Positions 63,511 to 64,000 of a stretch of 64,000 nucleotides of DNA are shown piece after piece. Position 1 is the first letter of the stretch. The number at the start of each line of letters is the position of its first letter. Source of the DNA: Mobula hypostoma (Eukaryota); assembly GCF_963921235.1 (NCBI RefSeq), contig NC_086108.1:34970001-35034000 (forward strand), in the 5' to 3' direction. A program made the position numbers and the translations under genes. Under the pieces are notes generated by a model that had not been told where the DNA came from, made no database searches, and saw only the letters and a list, made by a program, of their open reading frames with translations.

Positions 63511-64000
63511 GGATCTAAACTGTTTTGCATCCACAAGTTTTTTTTCAGTTTCAAACCTCTTCTGTGTAGTATAGTGAATAATACAGCAAGGGAGTTAATT
63601 TGACTGTGACTTGCCACTGTAAGTGAATAGCCAGATGTATGAAATTTGTTTATTTTGCAAAGGACCTTTTCCTGGTTAGCAAAAAAACTCAGTTGAATTA
63701 AATTTTTCTTGAAACTTGTTATGTTTTGATATCTGGTGCTGTTTAAATTTTTAGAGGCAATAATTTGCTGAGCCAACTGAAATTTGATACAATAAAGTCC
63801 AGATTCTTTTCCATGTGGACAGTATGAATCACCACAACACGACTATACTGGATAGATTTCAATTCAGTATTTGATGTGGTAAACCACAATTAACCAAAGA
63901 GAAAAGCGATTAAGATTGCAACAAAATATTTATTCCTCTATCCAGAAGAATTGATTATACTTGTTGCCCATTACCTTCTCCCAGGCATTCCTTCCCAGTG

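Noticed and set aside
1..64000. CRISPR arrays, tRNA/rRNA genes, prokaryotic systems
   Set aside because: Sequence is intron-rich vertebrate DNA; no repeat-spacer array or intact structural RNA gene was seen.

Overview
Repeat-rich vertebrate genomic DNA; the CR1, V-SINE, Penelope and Rex1 repeat mix suggests a cartilaginous fish, probably a ray (inference). Two spliced host genes lie head-to-head. UHMK1/KIS kinase is on the minus strand (coding exons 1-7 at 23836 down to 5999; last exon not found in the window). NUF2 is on the plus strand (candidate exon 1 near 27.7 kb, coding exons at 52.5, 53.9, 54.5 and 62.6 kb, continuing past the window). Introns are filled with mostly decayed transposons: CR1, Rex1/Babar, L1/Tx1-like, Nimb-like, RTE-derived, Penelope-like, Tc1/mariner, Tigger, hAT and a solo LTR. 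The most notable observations are: (i) minimal hammerhead ribozyme motifs in Penelope terminal repeats, two of them tandem and sense inside UHMK1 intron 1, one forming a 136-bp TSD-flanked mini-retroposon; (ii) a TSD-flanked Nimb-like LINE whose ORF2 is replaced by about 550 bp of unrelated coiled-coil-like coding sequence; (iii) two candidate NUF2 promoters, one adding an in-frame N-terminal extension; (iv) a ~570-bp mariner-derived palindrome. Gene and repeat identities come from recalled similarity, not database searches; boundaries of decayed repeats are approximate.
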